64,000 nt of DNA from the NCBI RefSeq assembly GCF_009914755.1, contig NC_060934.1; one strand, written 5' to 3'. Source of the DNA: the human T2T-CHM13v2.0 reference genome, Homo sapiens. Positions 1-59,575 of this stretch are shown here, in pieces. Positions within the stretch are counted from its first letter, which is position 1, and each line of letters starts with the position of its first letter. Made by a program: the position numbers and the translations under genes. The notes beneath the pieces are model-generated. The model did no database searches, had not been told where the DNA came from, and saw nothing but the letters and a program-made list of their open reading frames with translations.

Positions 1-4354
<4,354 letters not shown>

Positions 4355-5011
4355 TACAGTTAAATTATTGAGTGGAGAGTACAGGGATTGAAAAGACATC
4401 TTTTGCCTGTGGTCTTATGGAAGAACACAAGAAGACGTATTTTTCACTCCTCTGCCATTAGGGTACTTTTGTGGTAAAGTTTGAGAAGCACAAATGCTGA
4501 GAAGCCTCTAGTTTAGCCCTGTGCCCCAGAGTCTATTATCTCAGAGCTATACACTCTCTGAGGAAATGCTTTCCTTCTAAGCATCCAAGCCCCGCAGCAA
4601 GCACTGGAATAGGTCATTAGAGTTAATTAGAATGATATTAATAATGAGTTACATAAATAGTTGCAAAGAGAGAGGCAGAGGCCTTGCAATAACCCTCATT
4701 GTCACGTGTTAGTAAAGCGAGGCTTAGTGAGGTTGAATGACATATCCCACAATGTACTTCCATCCATGTTCTCCTCTAACAGCGCTTTGCTATGCGTGGC
4801 TCTGGCCTGGTCTTGATCATCATAGGATGATTCGGAACATACTACATTTTTTTTGGTTGTTCATTTCCAGGGCATCTACCTTTCTACATTTTTTCCTTTT
4901 AAATTTAACCCAAGACTAGATAAATTACAGCTCATGTGCAAAACGTGTACTCAATAGTCAAAACCCACAGAGCTCTGTCCTGCTCTGTTGCTAATGGCCT
5001 ACATTTCTTCA

Positions 5012-34447
<29,436 letters not shown>

Positions 34448-35482
34448 GATGACCGCTGCCGGGACGCCTCCTTGGCACTCGGGAGGCCAGATTAGAGAAA
34501 CGATGCCCCCAGCACCTCCTGGGGCTGCTTCTGGACTCGCCGCTAACACATCTGCGGCATCCTCTCGGCCACCGTAGAGTGTCCCACGTGTCCGCTTCCT
34601 CTTCCGCTACTCGCCCGCGCGTCTGTCTGTCAAGAGAGACTTCCGGCATGCCTTTTTTTTTTTTTTTTTCCCTTTCCCCGCACCGTCACCTGGTGGCGCT
34701 TACTGGAAGCCGCACCGAGGCGTGTGCTGTATTTTAAAAATCCCATTTCTGGTCAATTTCTCCACGTAATCAGACACCCGCAGAGAAACTGCATATAACT
34801 CTTTGCCTCAAGGCTTTTAGACAAGCAGAGGGCCAAAACTTGCATAAAATGGAAAATCATCATCATTAACATCAGTACCATCTAAATTAAGAGCTTCTAA
34901 TTGTTTTAAGGGAAGGTGGAAGCTAAAATGAACCGGCCCATCCAACAGAGGGCACTATCTGTGGAGGACCAACAAAGGAAAACAGAGCGGAAAATATGGG
35001 CGCACATGTGCCTCCAGTTCATGAAGTTATTTGGAGGGAGGGGGGAAGAATTAAACTTACATTATTGATTACAAAAACAGTTGAAAATCTGTTAGAGTGA
35101 AAACAGCCATGGTAATCTACAGAAGAAAAGGGAGAATGGAAAGTAAAGATCATTCATGTCTTGAAATAAGTTGTCTACAGTCTGTGAGAACTTGTGGGAG
35201 GTGATCCTAGTGTGATATATTAGTGCATGAGCCTAGCAAGGAAATCACATCACCACAGGGCTTAGCGCTTAGAATTAGAACTAAGTCCTCATTATTTGTG
35301 AGAAACTCAAAACAGAACTTAACAAAAGTGTTTAACAACTTTCAATTTTTAAGAAGGGACGCTATCTCATTTTCAGACGCCATGGATCCTCACTAGCAAA
35401 ACACAATGTCACAGACAAACGAGGCATATCAGGTTTTTCTAACTCATTTCGGTACTCCATCACTTAATCATGAAATAATGTT

Positions 35483-35485
<3 letters not shown>

Positions 35486-35527
<42 letters not shown>
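35486..35527. repeat. (TA)21 microsatellite, core of a 64-bp perfect palindrome
   Basis: Read directly. Confidence 0.97.
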
Positions 35528-35789
<262 letters not shown>

Positions 35790-35836
35790 TGATCCGCCCG
35801 CCTCAGTCTCCCAAAGTGATAGGATTACAGGTGTGA

Positions 35837-36849
<1,013 letters not shown>

Positions 36850-37261
36850 ATTCTTCTGCCTCAGCCTCCCGAGTAGCTGGGACTACAGGTGCGCACCACC
36901 ATGCCTGGCTAATTTTTGTATTTTTAGTAGAGACGGGGTTTCACCATATTGGCTAGGCTGGTCTTGAACTCCTGACCTCGTGATCTGCCTGCCTCGGCCT
37001 TCCAGAGTGCTGGGATTACAGGCATGAGCCACCGTGCCCAGCCGGCTGACTATTTTCTTAAGAATAAGGATAGTTGGTCACCTCGGGAGGCTGAGGCAGA
37101 AGAATCGCTTGAACTTGGGAGGCGGATGTTGCAGTGACCCGAGATCCCGCCACTGCACTCCAGCCTGGGTGACAGAGCGAGATGCGGTCTCAAAAAAAAA
37201 AAGAAAAACAAAAAACGAAAAAAAAGAAAAATAGTCGGCCGGGGACGGTGGCTCACGCCTA

Positions 37262-37507
<246 letters not shown>

Positions 37508-37592
37508 CTAGACTCTGTCTCAGGAAAAAAAAAAAAAGAAAATAGGAAAGCTGCCCGCAAAGCCTGCACCTTGGACACCTCGTCTGCACTAA

Positions 37593-37886
<294 letters not shown>

Positions 37887-38041
37887 TAGTAGAGACGGGG
37901 TTTCGCCATTTTGCCCAGGCTGGTATCGAACTTCTGACCTCAGGTCATCTACCTGCTTCGGCCTCCCAAAGTGTTGGGATTATAGGCGTGAGCCACTGCC
38001 CCTGGCTTCCAATTTTTTTTTCCTTTTTTTTTTTTTTCTGA

Positions 38042-38284
<243 letters not shown>

Positions 38285-38947
38285 TGATCCGCCCGCCTTG
38301 CCCTCCCAAAGTGCTGGGATTACAGGCGTGGCCATCGCGCCCGGCCAAATATTTTTCAAAATCTAATTTTGCATAATGACCAAGATTTGCAGAAAAATAC
38401 AAATTAAAGAGATCTTTTAAAGTAAAGATTCGTCATAAAAGTCACAGAAATAATACTCATGAATAATAAATTAGAATGGGCAATGTTAAGTACTTGAAAT
38501 AACAAAGGTTTTAGAGTCAGGGTTTCTGCAGTTTCCCTAGCCATATAACGAGGAGACTGTTAGAGAGGATATCCTAAAATGCTTTCCAAGTTTACCCACC
38601 TCTAACTCGGAAGAAGGCAATTTAAACTAATTTGGTTTACCGGAATTCAAATACGTACAATTCAACATAATGAATTGAACTGAAATTGAACACCTGCTTG
38701 CGTAAACCTAGTCGGCTCGAGTTGTTCTGGTTCTGGATTGGTCAGTCTAGAGTTCCAGGGGTGTGGCCAAAAGTCTGTGAGGCGGGGCCGTAGGCAGCCT
38801 AAATCAGGCATCGGCGCGGTCAGCCTCGTGGCGCGCCCACGCCCCCACGCCGGCTCTTCCCGGGGTCCTTCCGTGCGCGTTGATATGATTGGCCGGCGAA
38901 TCGTGGTTCTCTTTTCCTCCTTGGCTGTCTGAAGATAGATCGCCATC

Positions 38948-45674
<6,727 letters not shown>

Positions 45675-45727
45675 AGGTGCTGCAATGATGTTAGCTGTGG
45701 CCACTGTGGATTTTTCGCAAGAACATT

Positions 45728-45765
45728 AATAAACTAAAAACTTCATGTGTCTGGTTGTTTGAAAT
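45728..45765 (+). terminator. RPS24: RPS24 proximal polyadenylation signal
   Basis: AATAAA 45728-45733 followed by GU-rich GTGTCTGGTTGTTTG. Confidence 0.93.
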
Positions 45766-46768
45766 GTATTTGCAGTTTCCTGGGACTGCTAGGAGGTTAG
45801 TCTGCTGATTTCAGTTGCTGTCCAAGTTCACATGCTCCATGAAGCATTCAGTGAAAACTTAATGTCATGGGGTGGTGTTTGTTTGCTGCTTGGTTTATAG
45901 CTTAGGTGGGTTCATCTGGGAGTCAAGCTTGTAAATGCTGTGTTAAGAACCATGTCCGCGGTGGACGCAGTGTAGTGGCTCACAGTCATCAGCACTTTTG
46001 GGAGGTTTGGGTGGGATGATTACACTTAAGCCCAGGAGCTCGAGGCTACAGTGAGGTGTTTTTTTTTTCGAGACAGGGTCTAGCTTTGTTACCTAGGCTG
46101 GTCTTGATTGAACTCGGGCTCAAGCGATCCTCCTACCTTGGCCACATAAAGTACTGGCATGAGCGACCACGTCTGGCTTAGAGTCTAAAAAGTACCATGT
46201 CTGGATAAACTGGAGAAATCTCAGGAAGCAGTAGAGAGCTGAAAGACTTGGTTGGGCATGAAGGGGACTCAGGAAAAGCAATACCGTGAAGGCAGAAGGG
46301 TTGAGGTTGCAGGAAGGAAGGGTAGTGGAATGTTTTGGAGAAAAGATGGTCACAGCCCCTGCATGGAGCACCTACAGACAGGAGGGCAGGGCTGAGAAGA
46401 GTTAAGTCATGGGGCTGGGCCTGCTGGCCAGGGGGTGGTTGGAGTTCTGTTTTCATATCTACAGAGGCTGTGTACTTCGGTTTGTGGGGCCTCTGGCCCT
46501 GTAGGTTCTCTTGCTAAGGAATCTGCTACTACTTTGCTAGGACCAGGAAATGGCTTACTAGTACAGAACGTGTGGAAGAATGGGGTCTTTGATGTGATTT
46601 GACATTTTTTGATGAACAGTGCATACCAGGCTGAAGGTAATGCTAGGGGCAGCAAAGGTTGGGGTTTGAGATGCAGTTTCCTGTGACTGAGCTGGAGTGT
46701 GGAAGCAGAGAAGGCACCCTGTGAGCAGCTTGCAGAGGCAAGGTGGTGAGGATCCTGACAGTGCTGCA

Positions 46769-46791
46769 GGGATGGGATGGGATGGGATGGG
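46769..46791 (+). repeat. (GGGAT)4GGG, G-quadruplex-competent
   Basis: Five GGG tracts with 2-nt loops. Confidence 0.85.
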
Positions 46792-47959
46792 ACAGGACGT
46801 GGAGCTGGGGGTGGTTGCTAAGTTGATGCAGGGAGAGTGGAAGGAAGCAATTGAGAACTGAAGGGTAGGAAATAGTTTCTGATGTGAAGAAAAAGGGCAT
46901 AGCTGCAGAGAGCCTGAATGATTGAAGGTTGGCATCAAAGTCACGAAGTGGGGAGGCTTTTCTGTTCAGCTGTGCTCAGGGCAGAAGTTGTAGTCTTTCA
47001 GCCAGTAGCCTTGGGAAGGGAGGTGGGATGAAACTCAGGCTTGGCCTATTTTTCCAGAGGATCCACTTGGGTTGTGATATTATAGAAAATGTGGCAGTCT
47101 TGCTGTGAGCCTTGTTAGGCATAACATTTGGAAACTTGGCAAATTTTACGTAAAGGTCTGGATTTCCAGCCTCTTGAAATACCAGAAGCAGCAGTAGTAG
47201 CCCACCTTCCTGTTTGATAACAATTGGCAGGGCTCCAGGCTGGCTGCATCTGTTGGGACAGGTATTCTCTGGTCTCCACAGCCTTTGCTCCTACGGCCAG
47301 CTAACACCCTCCTCTACCTGCCCTCTGGTCTTCTGTCCCTGCTGCCTGCTTCTCTTCCATCTAGTCCATTCAAGTGTTTTTTGGGGAAGTCACCTGGTAC
47401 CTTGTTAGGGTTAATTTGTCTTTTAAATTGGGCTCCCAAGGGTATCTGCTAGCTACCCTGGCTCACAAGGCTATTTTGAGGCTGAGGATGTAACAACTGT
47501 GAAAACAGTTTGGAAACTAGTGCTAAGCAATTGTTTGTCAGGAAGCAGGGACTTGTGGGAACTCAAACTGTGGACAGATTCAGCACATTGTAGGCCCTCA
47601 CAGTAACCAGGCTACCCTGTGCTGTCAGCAGGCTTTGGAAGAGCCTCCATAAAATGCAAACTTGACTTTACTAAGCTGAATCAATATTGAGGGAGCACAT
47701 CCCTTCCTTCAGCTTGTCACTGATGGGAAGCTGTGGCTTAGAGAGAGCAGGGATCTTTGAAGAGTGATGAGAAACTCAGCTAGAGGTGGTTCTGGGAAGG
47801 TACCTGCAGTGAATATTTGGGGTGCTGCTTTTTAGCTTTTCCTAGCACCACAACCATGAGTTCTGTTTGTAGCTGGATGTGCCTATGTAATCAGGCAGCT
47901 TTCAACTCTGCACTCTTCCTTTCTTCCCTGGCAAGTTGCTTATTTTAGGCTGCCCTTAA

Positions 47960-48254
<295 letters not shown>

Positions 48255-48842
48255 TAGCCAGGATGGTCTCGATCTCCTGACCTTGTGATCCGCCTGCCTT
48301 GGCCTCCCAAAGTGCTGGGATTACAGGTGTGAGCCACCGTGCCCGGCCTAATCTGCATGTTAACTCCAAGAAGCATGTCTTCCTGGACCCACGCTGGAAA
48401 GGGTGTAGAGCAGTTAAGCATCTTACCAGTGTCTCACCCATGAAGTGGTGGGGATGGGATTGGAATGCAGTCATCTGACTCCAAAACACTGCATTTTTTC
48501 AGGCACTCCAGTATTAAGCTACTTTGCACTGTGCATATAATGGTATATAAAACTCATGACTGCCAGCAGGGTGCCAGTTGCCATGGGTTTATTGAACAAG
48601 TGTTAGATGGCTAGCCAAATTCCCAATTTACTGACCACCTGCTGTGTCCCTGTTCTGCAAGTTGGGGATAAAGAAGCTGTTCTGTCTTGAAAGCTCTGAG
48701 GTAGTTAATGACGATCCCATGATCTGGCTTCTGTTCCTTTCTGTGAAGTAGCAGATAGTGTATGACTGTGACGTGATAGAAATTGAGAGCCAAGAAGATC
48801 AGTGCAGGGAGGCTGGGTCTTGGAAGGCTTCCAGGAGACATA

Positions 48843-49243
48843 CAGCAGTCCCCACCTATCTAGTTTCAGTTGCTGTCGGTCAACTGCAGTCTGGAAAATT
48901 ATCATGGCTAAATGGTCTGGGATCACCCAAAAGTGATGATCCTCTTGAAGTGTCATCAGAAGGTCAATAGTAGCCTAACACGTCACCATGCCTACGTCAT
49001 TTACCTCCCTCTCCCTTCCACATAGGCATTTTATCTCCCATCAAGAATGTGAATACATGTACGTATTCAGAGGAAAAGAGTTCATGCAGCCTACTACAGT
49101 ATAATTATTAATATCTTACTCCCTAAATTATGAACTTTAATTATGTATATATAGCAACAAACTTGGTGTAGATAGGGTTTGCGGTTTCAGGCATCCACTG
49201 GGGGTCTAAGAACGTTTGCCCCATGGATAAGGGAGGATTACTG
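48843..49243. mobile_element. MER44-type (Tigger) DNA transposon fossil
   Basis: TA|cagcagtccccacctatc ... ggcatccactgggggtc..ggataagggaggattactg|TA. Confidence 0.8.
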
Positions 49244-50053
49244 TAACACCAGCAGTGGCAAGAGACATGATCTGATTTGGATGCACAGGAGAAAGTTCTC
49301 ATTTGAGGCCATGAAAAATAGGAAAGAAAGCAGGGAGATGGGAGCAGGCAGTGTGGGACAAGGTGAGACCAGTCATTCTGCAAGGGGAAGAGAGGATGAC
49401 ACTGGGGAGGTGGGAGCAGAGTGGGTAGGTAGGCATTCTCTTGAATCAACAAGATGGAAGGCCCTACATGACTGATGCCTTTGAGCAGAGTTTTGCACAA
49501 TGCATTTCTGGTGGGAGATACTCCATTTCAAAAATAGTCTTCAGGTTGGCTGCTAGAGCACAGAAGTATGACACCTGACTCATTTGTGCTGGCAGAGAGG
49601 CTCTCCTGGGTTTTAGAGCTTTGTGAACACACCTCCATACATTAATCCAACTGTCCTTCCCCATCCACTCACCCTTGAACTTCCCGCATGCCAGATGTTG
49701 AGGGGAGGCAGAAATGAGACCTGCCTCCCAGTGCCCACAGTCTGGATGAGAGGGTACAGGTGAGGTCCTGGTAAGAAACGAAGCTGGAGAGGTCAGCGGA
49801 GAATAAATCAGGGAGGATCTTGTATGCCAAGCTAAGGATTTCACTTGTTCAGTGTTTTGGTTAAAGAAAATAAAACGTTGGAGAATTAGATGTTCTGCAG
49901 TGGATTGTGTGTTCTTTTCACATGCCGAGTTCCTCCACACAGGAAATACTTTGGCAACGCTCTGGCTGCTCATCATGCATATTGGAGAGGGAATTTATGT
50001 AGAAGGTTATGGGTCGATGAGATGGCATCCAAGTATTTATCGTATTTTTTTGA

Positions 50054-50161
<108 letters not shown>

Positions 50162-50494
50162 TAGCTGGGATTACAGGCATGTGCCACCATACCTGGCTAA
50201 TTTTGTATTTTGTAGTAGAGACGGAGTTTTTCCATGTTGGTCAGGCTGGTCTTGAACTCCTGACCTCAGGTGATCTGCCCACCCCGCCTCCCAAAGTGCT
50301 GGGATTACCGTCGTGAGGCACCGCGCCTGGCCCCAAGTATTAATAACTCGGAAAAAGGGACCAGATCAGGAATCAGGAGTCACAGTTCCTGATCTCCACT
50401 CAGCTTACAATCAGCTGGGGCCATGGATGGGCAAAAGACTTCCCTTTTCTGGGCTTCTATTTCCCTCCCTGTGTCTGTCTGCTATCCGGGCTAG

Positions 50495-51150
<656 letters not shown>

Positions 51151-51289
51151 TCAGGAAACTGGACTGAAGCTTCCCAGGTGAGCTCAGGCTTGGGAAGCTG
51201 GACTGAAGTTTCTCTAAGATCCGTTCTGCCTCTGAGAATTCTGTCTCTAATGGGAATACTGTCTCTGCCCTCAAGAAGCTGGCAGATGA

Positions 51290-51805
<516 letters not shown>

Positions 51806-51900
51806 CATCCTATGATAAGCCTGGGGGCATTTGTGGAACATCTTGCCAAGGAGCTAGAAATGGTCCTGAGCCTTAAATGGGTGGAGGTGATTAGCTGAGG

Positions 51901-52375
51901 CAGCGATTCTCCAGGTGTGGTCCTGGACAGCAGCAGCAGTGTCACCAGGGAACTTGCTAGAAATTCAATTTCTTGGGCTCCACCCTAGAATTACTGAATC
52001 AGAAGCTGTGGGTGGGGCCAGGTAACCTGTTTTTTTTTTTGAGTTGCCCAGGCTGGAGTGCAGTGGCGTGATCTTGCTTCACTGCAACCTCCGCCTCCTG
52101 GGTGCGATTCTCCACCTCAGCTTCCTGAGTAGCTGGGACTACTGGTGCCTGCCACCACGCCTGGCTAATTTTTTTTTTTTTTGTACTTTTTAGTAGAGAT
52201 GGGATTTCACCATGTTGGTCTGGCTGGTCTTGAACTCCTGACGTCAGGTGATCCGCTGGCCTCGGCCTCCAAAAGTGCTGGGATTATAGGTGTGAGCCAC
52301 CGCGTCCAGCCAGAACCTGTGTTTTGATAAGCTCTCCAGGTGATTCAGATGCATGCTAAAGTTTGAGAACCACTG
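51901..52375. mobile_element. MER5A interrupted by an Alu (52028-52311, minus)
   Basis: cagcgattctcc..gggaacttgctagaaat..ctgaatcagaa / ccaggtgattc..tttgagaaccactg; TSD agctgagg/agcttagg. Confidence 0.85.
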
Positions 52376-53734
52376 AGCTTAGGGAAGGGGAGGATATTCC
52401 AGAGGGGGACAGCTGTGGAGACCCGGTAGGACAGTGCTGTAGACTGCCCCATCCCTGCCTTTTCACTTGGTGAAATAAAGACGTGTGATGCACTATGCAG
52501 ACTCCCACAAGGGGGCACTGTGGGCACAGACGTGGAAGCGGTCTGCTTTGTTGTCAAGACCGCTACCCTTGTGGAAGCATGAAAAAAGCTTGATGCCAGA
52601 TCAACTGGAGAGGTCACTCTTTCTTCTCAGAGAAGGTCTAATGGGGGTGGTAATCTTGTTTATAGGATTCGGCCCTCGTAGGGAAGCTGAACCTGGAGGG
52701 CTTTCTGCTGTTCATATGTGCATGGTGATGTCTACCCATCCGTGCTGCGAGGTCTCTGCAGATCCTGTGCAAACAGCATTCCCCCTTTTGTAGCTGCCCA
52801 GCCAGGCAGCTTGCGGTTTCTATTGGGGGAGGTGGGGGCCGAAGGCTGGGAACCCCAGCAGCCCGATTCTGCTTCAGCCTTCTGCCTACAGTGCTATGCC
52901 TCTGTCCTATTCTTTGACAAGCATGGGTCCGGGGCCACAGTGCTGGGTCCAAGACCTGTTTTCAAGCCTTAGCTCTGCCCCACCACACTTTAAGATCTCT
53001 GGCAAGACCCCTTTCTCCTCTGGGTCTCAGTTTCCTACACTGTAGGATGAGAGAGTGGTGCTGAGAAAGTGGCTGTCAACATCTCTTTCCACTATAAAAT
53101 TCTGCCCTGGGAGTTGAGGAAGAGACTGCCTTGTGCTTTTCAAGGACCTCGGATTGCAGGGGATCTGTAAACCCTGCTACATGACATCCATCTCCAGTAG
53201 CCACTTAAGGAAGCATTTCCAGGGATATGGTGCAAGTCAGTAAGGTGGAATCTCTCAAACAAGATTTTTTAAAAAGTCCATATCTTCAGACATCCAGAAT
53301 TTGCTTTTATAGGTTTCTATTCTGCACTGTTTGGAAGAAGGAAAATTTATACCATGTTCTCTTTTCTGCTGCAGTGTGTATTTCTTCCAAAAATACATTG
53401 CCTCGGAGGGTCTTTGGCATTCACCTCGTTAATCCAGGGATTGGCATCCTATACTCTCGGTGACTGCTCACCCAGCTGAGCCACTGCTCTGCCTGGGCAG
53501 GAAATCTCCAGAACTGCCTTTTCAGAGCGCTATAGATGTGCTCATCCCTGGGTTATAAGGGGATTCAAAAGAGTGGTCCAGCCCTCTGCTGGCTCCCACC
53601 GTCGATGATGATATTCAGAGAGTCTGGTTAGAAATTGCCCAACCCAGCCGCGTGCGGTGGCTCACGCCTGTAATCACGTTGGGAGGCCAAGATGGGCAGA
53701 TCACAAGGTCAGGAGTTCGAGACCAGCTTGGTCA

Positions 53735-54022
<288 letters not shown>

Positions 54023-55529
54023 TCAGGCCTCCTTGGAGCGGGGAAGGAGAGCTCTTCAGTTCCTTTGGCACCTTCACGCAGCATGCAAGACGGGCTGCTT
54101 TTTCTTCTGTTTATGGATGAGGCACAGAGGGTAGATGACTTGCCCCAAGTCCTTCAGCTCATTCATGCTGGGGAAAGGAGTAAGCTTCAGGCGTCTTCCC
54201 CTGGAGTTCACGCCACCTCTGACAGCAAGTGAGCCGTTTGCTACTCAAGTGCTGTTTCTTGCTTTTTTAAGGTAACAAAACACTGCATGCTGTCTGGGGT
54301 ACCTTTTCCCTGCTGTTCAGTTCATTGCCCTGTGTCGTCTCACAGAGCGTGTCACTGGTACAGAAATGTTCCCTGGGAAGCTAGAGTTGAAACATCGCCC
54401 ACTGGTGCTCCTGAGCTGGCTTTGTCATGGGTTTAGAGGGTATGTTAGGGAGGAGGCCTTCTGCTGCAAGTCTCTGAGAAGTCAGCTTACACTGCCTTGA
54501 ACAGTGAGGTTGCTTATTAGCTCCTGTAAGAACCCCCTGGATGCCCAGGAGCCTTCAGGGTTGGTGGACACTGCAGTTTAACAGCGTCTTCGAGGGCCTA
54601 GACGTTTTCTCTCTCCACTTTGCTGCCAATGCTGGTGCCATTCTGAGGGATAGTTGCCCATCACAGTGGGGCTGGGACTGGGTGAGGCAATGAAGCGCTT
54701 AGCATGTGAAATCCAAGGAGGTCTTCACCCACAGTGGTGCTAGTGCAAGGTCAGCATCTCCTTGACCCTAAGAGCACCTTGCCCTAGTACTGGGGCCTGT
54801 GGGAGGCCACCCACTCTCCACAAAGGCCAGACCAGAAGTCACCTGTGTTTTTTCTGCTCCTCTTCCATCGGCTGGGACTTAGTCTCCTGCAACACCTAAT
54901 AACTGTGAGGTGGGCTGGGAAATATAGGCTTGTTCCAGCTCAGGCAGATGTGGGAGCACAGTTTTGGGGGACAATGACCAGTCTTTGCCACAGCAGGAAG
55001 AAAATGGTTGCTTCATAGGGATCCTTTCAGCAGAAACCTCCCAGCAAAAGGGGGAAGTTTACTGGGAAGCTGTGGGTGATCTAACAAAGCCAAAAGGTAG
55101 GCGGTGCTGGCAGCCTCCCTGGATTTGGGTCTGGAAAATCATTTCAGAACAAATCAGCTCTTCCTTCTCCCCTCCTTCCTCCTTCCCCCTCTTTGAGTCT
55201 ATGCCTCTCTCTCTCTCTACAGGCTGGCTTTTCTTTGTTCCCCTTTCTGCCCCATGGCTGCCACAACCAGGATTTTATTGCTCCCCATTCCAAACTTCCG
55301 GCCAGATTAGTTAGACCTGCATCCTCCTTGCCACTTCCCAGGGACAAGATGCTGACTGGTCTGTCAGCTCATGGAGCCCACTCCCACTTACCTGGGGCTG
55401 AGGAGCACCTGCTGGGAAGGTTTGAGGGCAGGAGGGCTGCTGATGTATCCAATGCAGCCACCACTCCCACCGCTGAGACATCTGTCTTTCTTTCCTTCTT
55501 GTCACTCCCAGACCTCAGCAAGTGGCCGC

Positions 55530-57306
<1,777 letters not shown>

Positions 57307-58006
57307 TGATCCACCTGCCTAGGCCTCCCAAAGTGCTGGGATTACAGGTGACCGCCACCACCCCCGGCTTAGTTCTTGGTTTTTCTGTCCTTGGAAACTG
57401 CTGTCAGGGTTCCCGAGAGACTTTGAATGTAACAATAATACCTTCCTTTTATTGAGTGCCTACTATTCACTGTGTTGGGCACATTGTATATATTACCTTT
57501 TGTCCTGGAAATAGTTTTACAAGGTGGGGATTATTGTCCCCATTTCATAGTGTGATGAGGATGCTAAAAAAAAGCAAATGTTGCCTCTAGCTGCCGCCAT
57601 GGGAGGTAGGCACCTGGAGCGAAGGCACGGCAGGTTCTGCTCTGCCCTATCTCCCTTTGGACCCCTTCTAGGGGTTATGTTGGATTTGGAAGCCACGAGG
57701 AGGAGTCTACTCAGACAAGAGCATCCTGATGGGGGCTGCCTTGAGATGATGGGGTGTAAGCCCTGTTTAGCTGGAAATGAGGAGAGAGAGACGTACCCTT
57801 GGTCAAGGGCTATCATGTGAAAGAAGGGTAACATTTGTCCTGGAGTGTGGAGTGTGAAGCATATGGGGAAATGGTTTGGGCTGGATAGCAGGCAGTTTTT
57901 AAAACTTGGAGCAAGCCGGGCGCAGTGGCTCATGCCTATAATCCCAGCACTTTGGGAGGCCGAAGTGGGTGGATCACCTGAGGTCAGGAGTTCGAGACTG
58001 TCCTTA

Positions 58007-58195
<189 letters not shown>

Positions 58196-59575
58196 TCAAA
58201 AAAACAAACAAAAACAACAACAACAACAACAAAAAAAAAAAAAAGAAAAGAAAAAAACCTCGGAGCTAATGGAAGGGGCCTGCCCCCTGGGAAGCAGCAA
58301 GCTTCCTGTTGCTGGTGGTACACAAGCAGAGCCTGGCTGCTTTCTAGGTGAGGTGGTTGTAGAAGCTCTTTGGGTTCAGAGTCCTGGGGGGGTTTTAGGG
58401 TTTCCTTGAATGCCCAGAGCCTGTATGTCATAGCTTCTGATTTCACAGGGACTTCCTGTCCACGCAGCTGGGATCTCTCCCAGCCCAGATTCATCATGTC
58501 TCACCCATCCTGAGGGCTAAATTTGGAATTTAATAACAACACTTTGGATTTATGTGGCCCGTTTCCTTGGAGGCATTACATCTGTTATCCCATTAATTCT
58601 CCTAATATCTTTGGGTGGAAGGTGAGGGAAGGTGAGGGAGCCTGAGAGGGGAGAAGGAACCTCTTTGGCTTCTTCAGCTCCTGAAGGGGAGAGGAAATGG
58701 CAGAGCAGGAGCGGGCCGGGGATGGGGGAACGTCTGCACCACAGCCCCTCTGGCTTTCCCCTCTCATAAAAAGCAGGTTGCTCACCGGATGAAGGGGTGT
58801 CTCCCAGCAGGAAGCTCCTGTGTTGGGCACAGTATATTGGTGCATAAGTCTCCAGGTGGACTCTTTGAGGGCTGGAAGTGGGTAGACATCAAGGTGGGCA
58901 AGATGAAGCCTGAGCCCTAAGCTTGGGAGGAGACCAACATGTCTACCACGAACCAATTTGCAGAGCTGGATGGTCTGGAGGAAGCAGTATGGCTTCCTGG
59001 GGAAGGGGGATTTGAGCTGAGTTTGGAAAGAGTCCTGGAGCACCCTGGAGTCCAGTTTCCTACCTCCTAGTCACGTGGTGTGGGTGAAGGCCATACCTTG
59101 GTGAGCTTTCCCAGGGTATGGGGGTGCCTAGGGTGCTCCTCAAGATCCTAAGGCTTGGCCTGGAGTGCTGTTGGGCGAATGGCCAGAGAGTCTGGGCAGG
59201 CAGAGGAGGGCTGGGGACTAGTGCAGGGAAGGAGCCGCTGGCACTGGCCATGAAGAAGGAGTGGGAAGGGAAGGGAAGGGTGGCCCAGGTGGAGGGCTCT
59301 GTGGGGCAGAGGCAGATTGGTGTGGGGGTTCTTGTCTACTCCAGACTATGCTGTTTTCATTCCTGCCTCTGTTCTGAGGCTTGAACTCCTGCAGGTACCT
59401 GGCTTTTACAGCCCTCCCAAGTGCCCTTCCTTCAAGCTTTGGCTCTGACTGCTGCTGATCTTCCCTGGTACCAAGTGAGGGAGGTGCAGAATCCCAGGCC
59501 ACAGGCGCAGAACAGGGCGGCTGGAAGGCACCTGGACAATCCTCTGAGACTATTCTCTCCTTCCCGCTTTTGCAG

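Noticed and set aside
54430-55450. Possible minus-strand MLT1 LTR remnants
   Set aside because: Resemblance too degraded to set boundaries by eye
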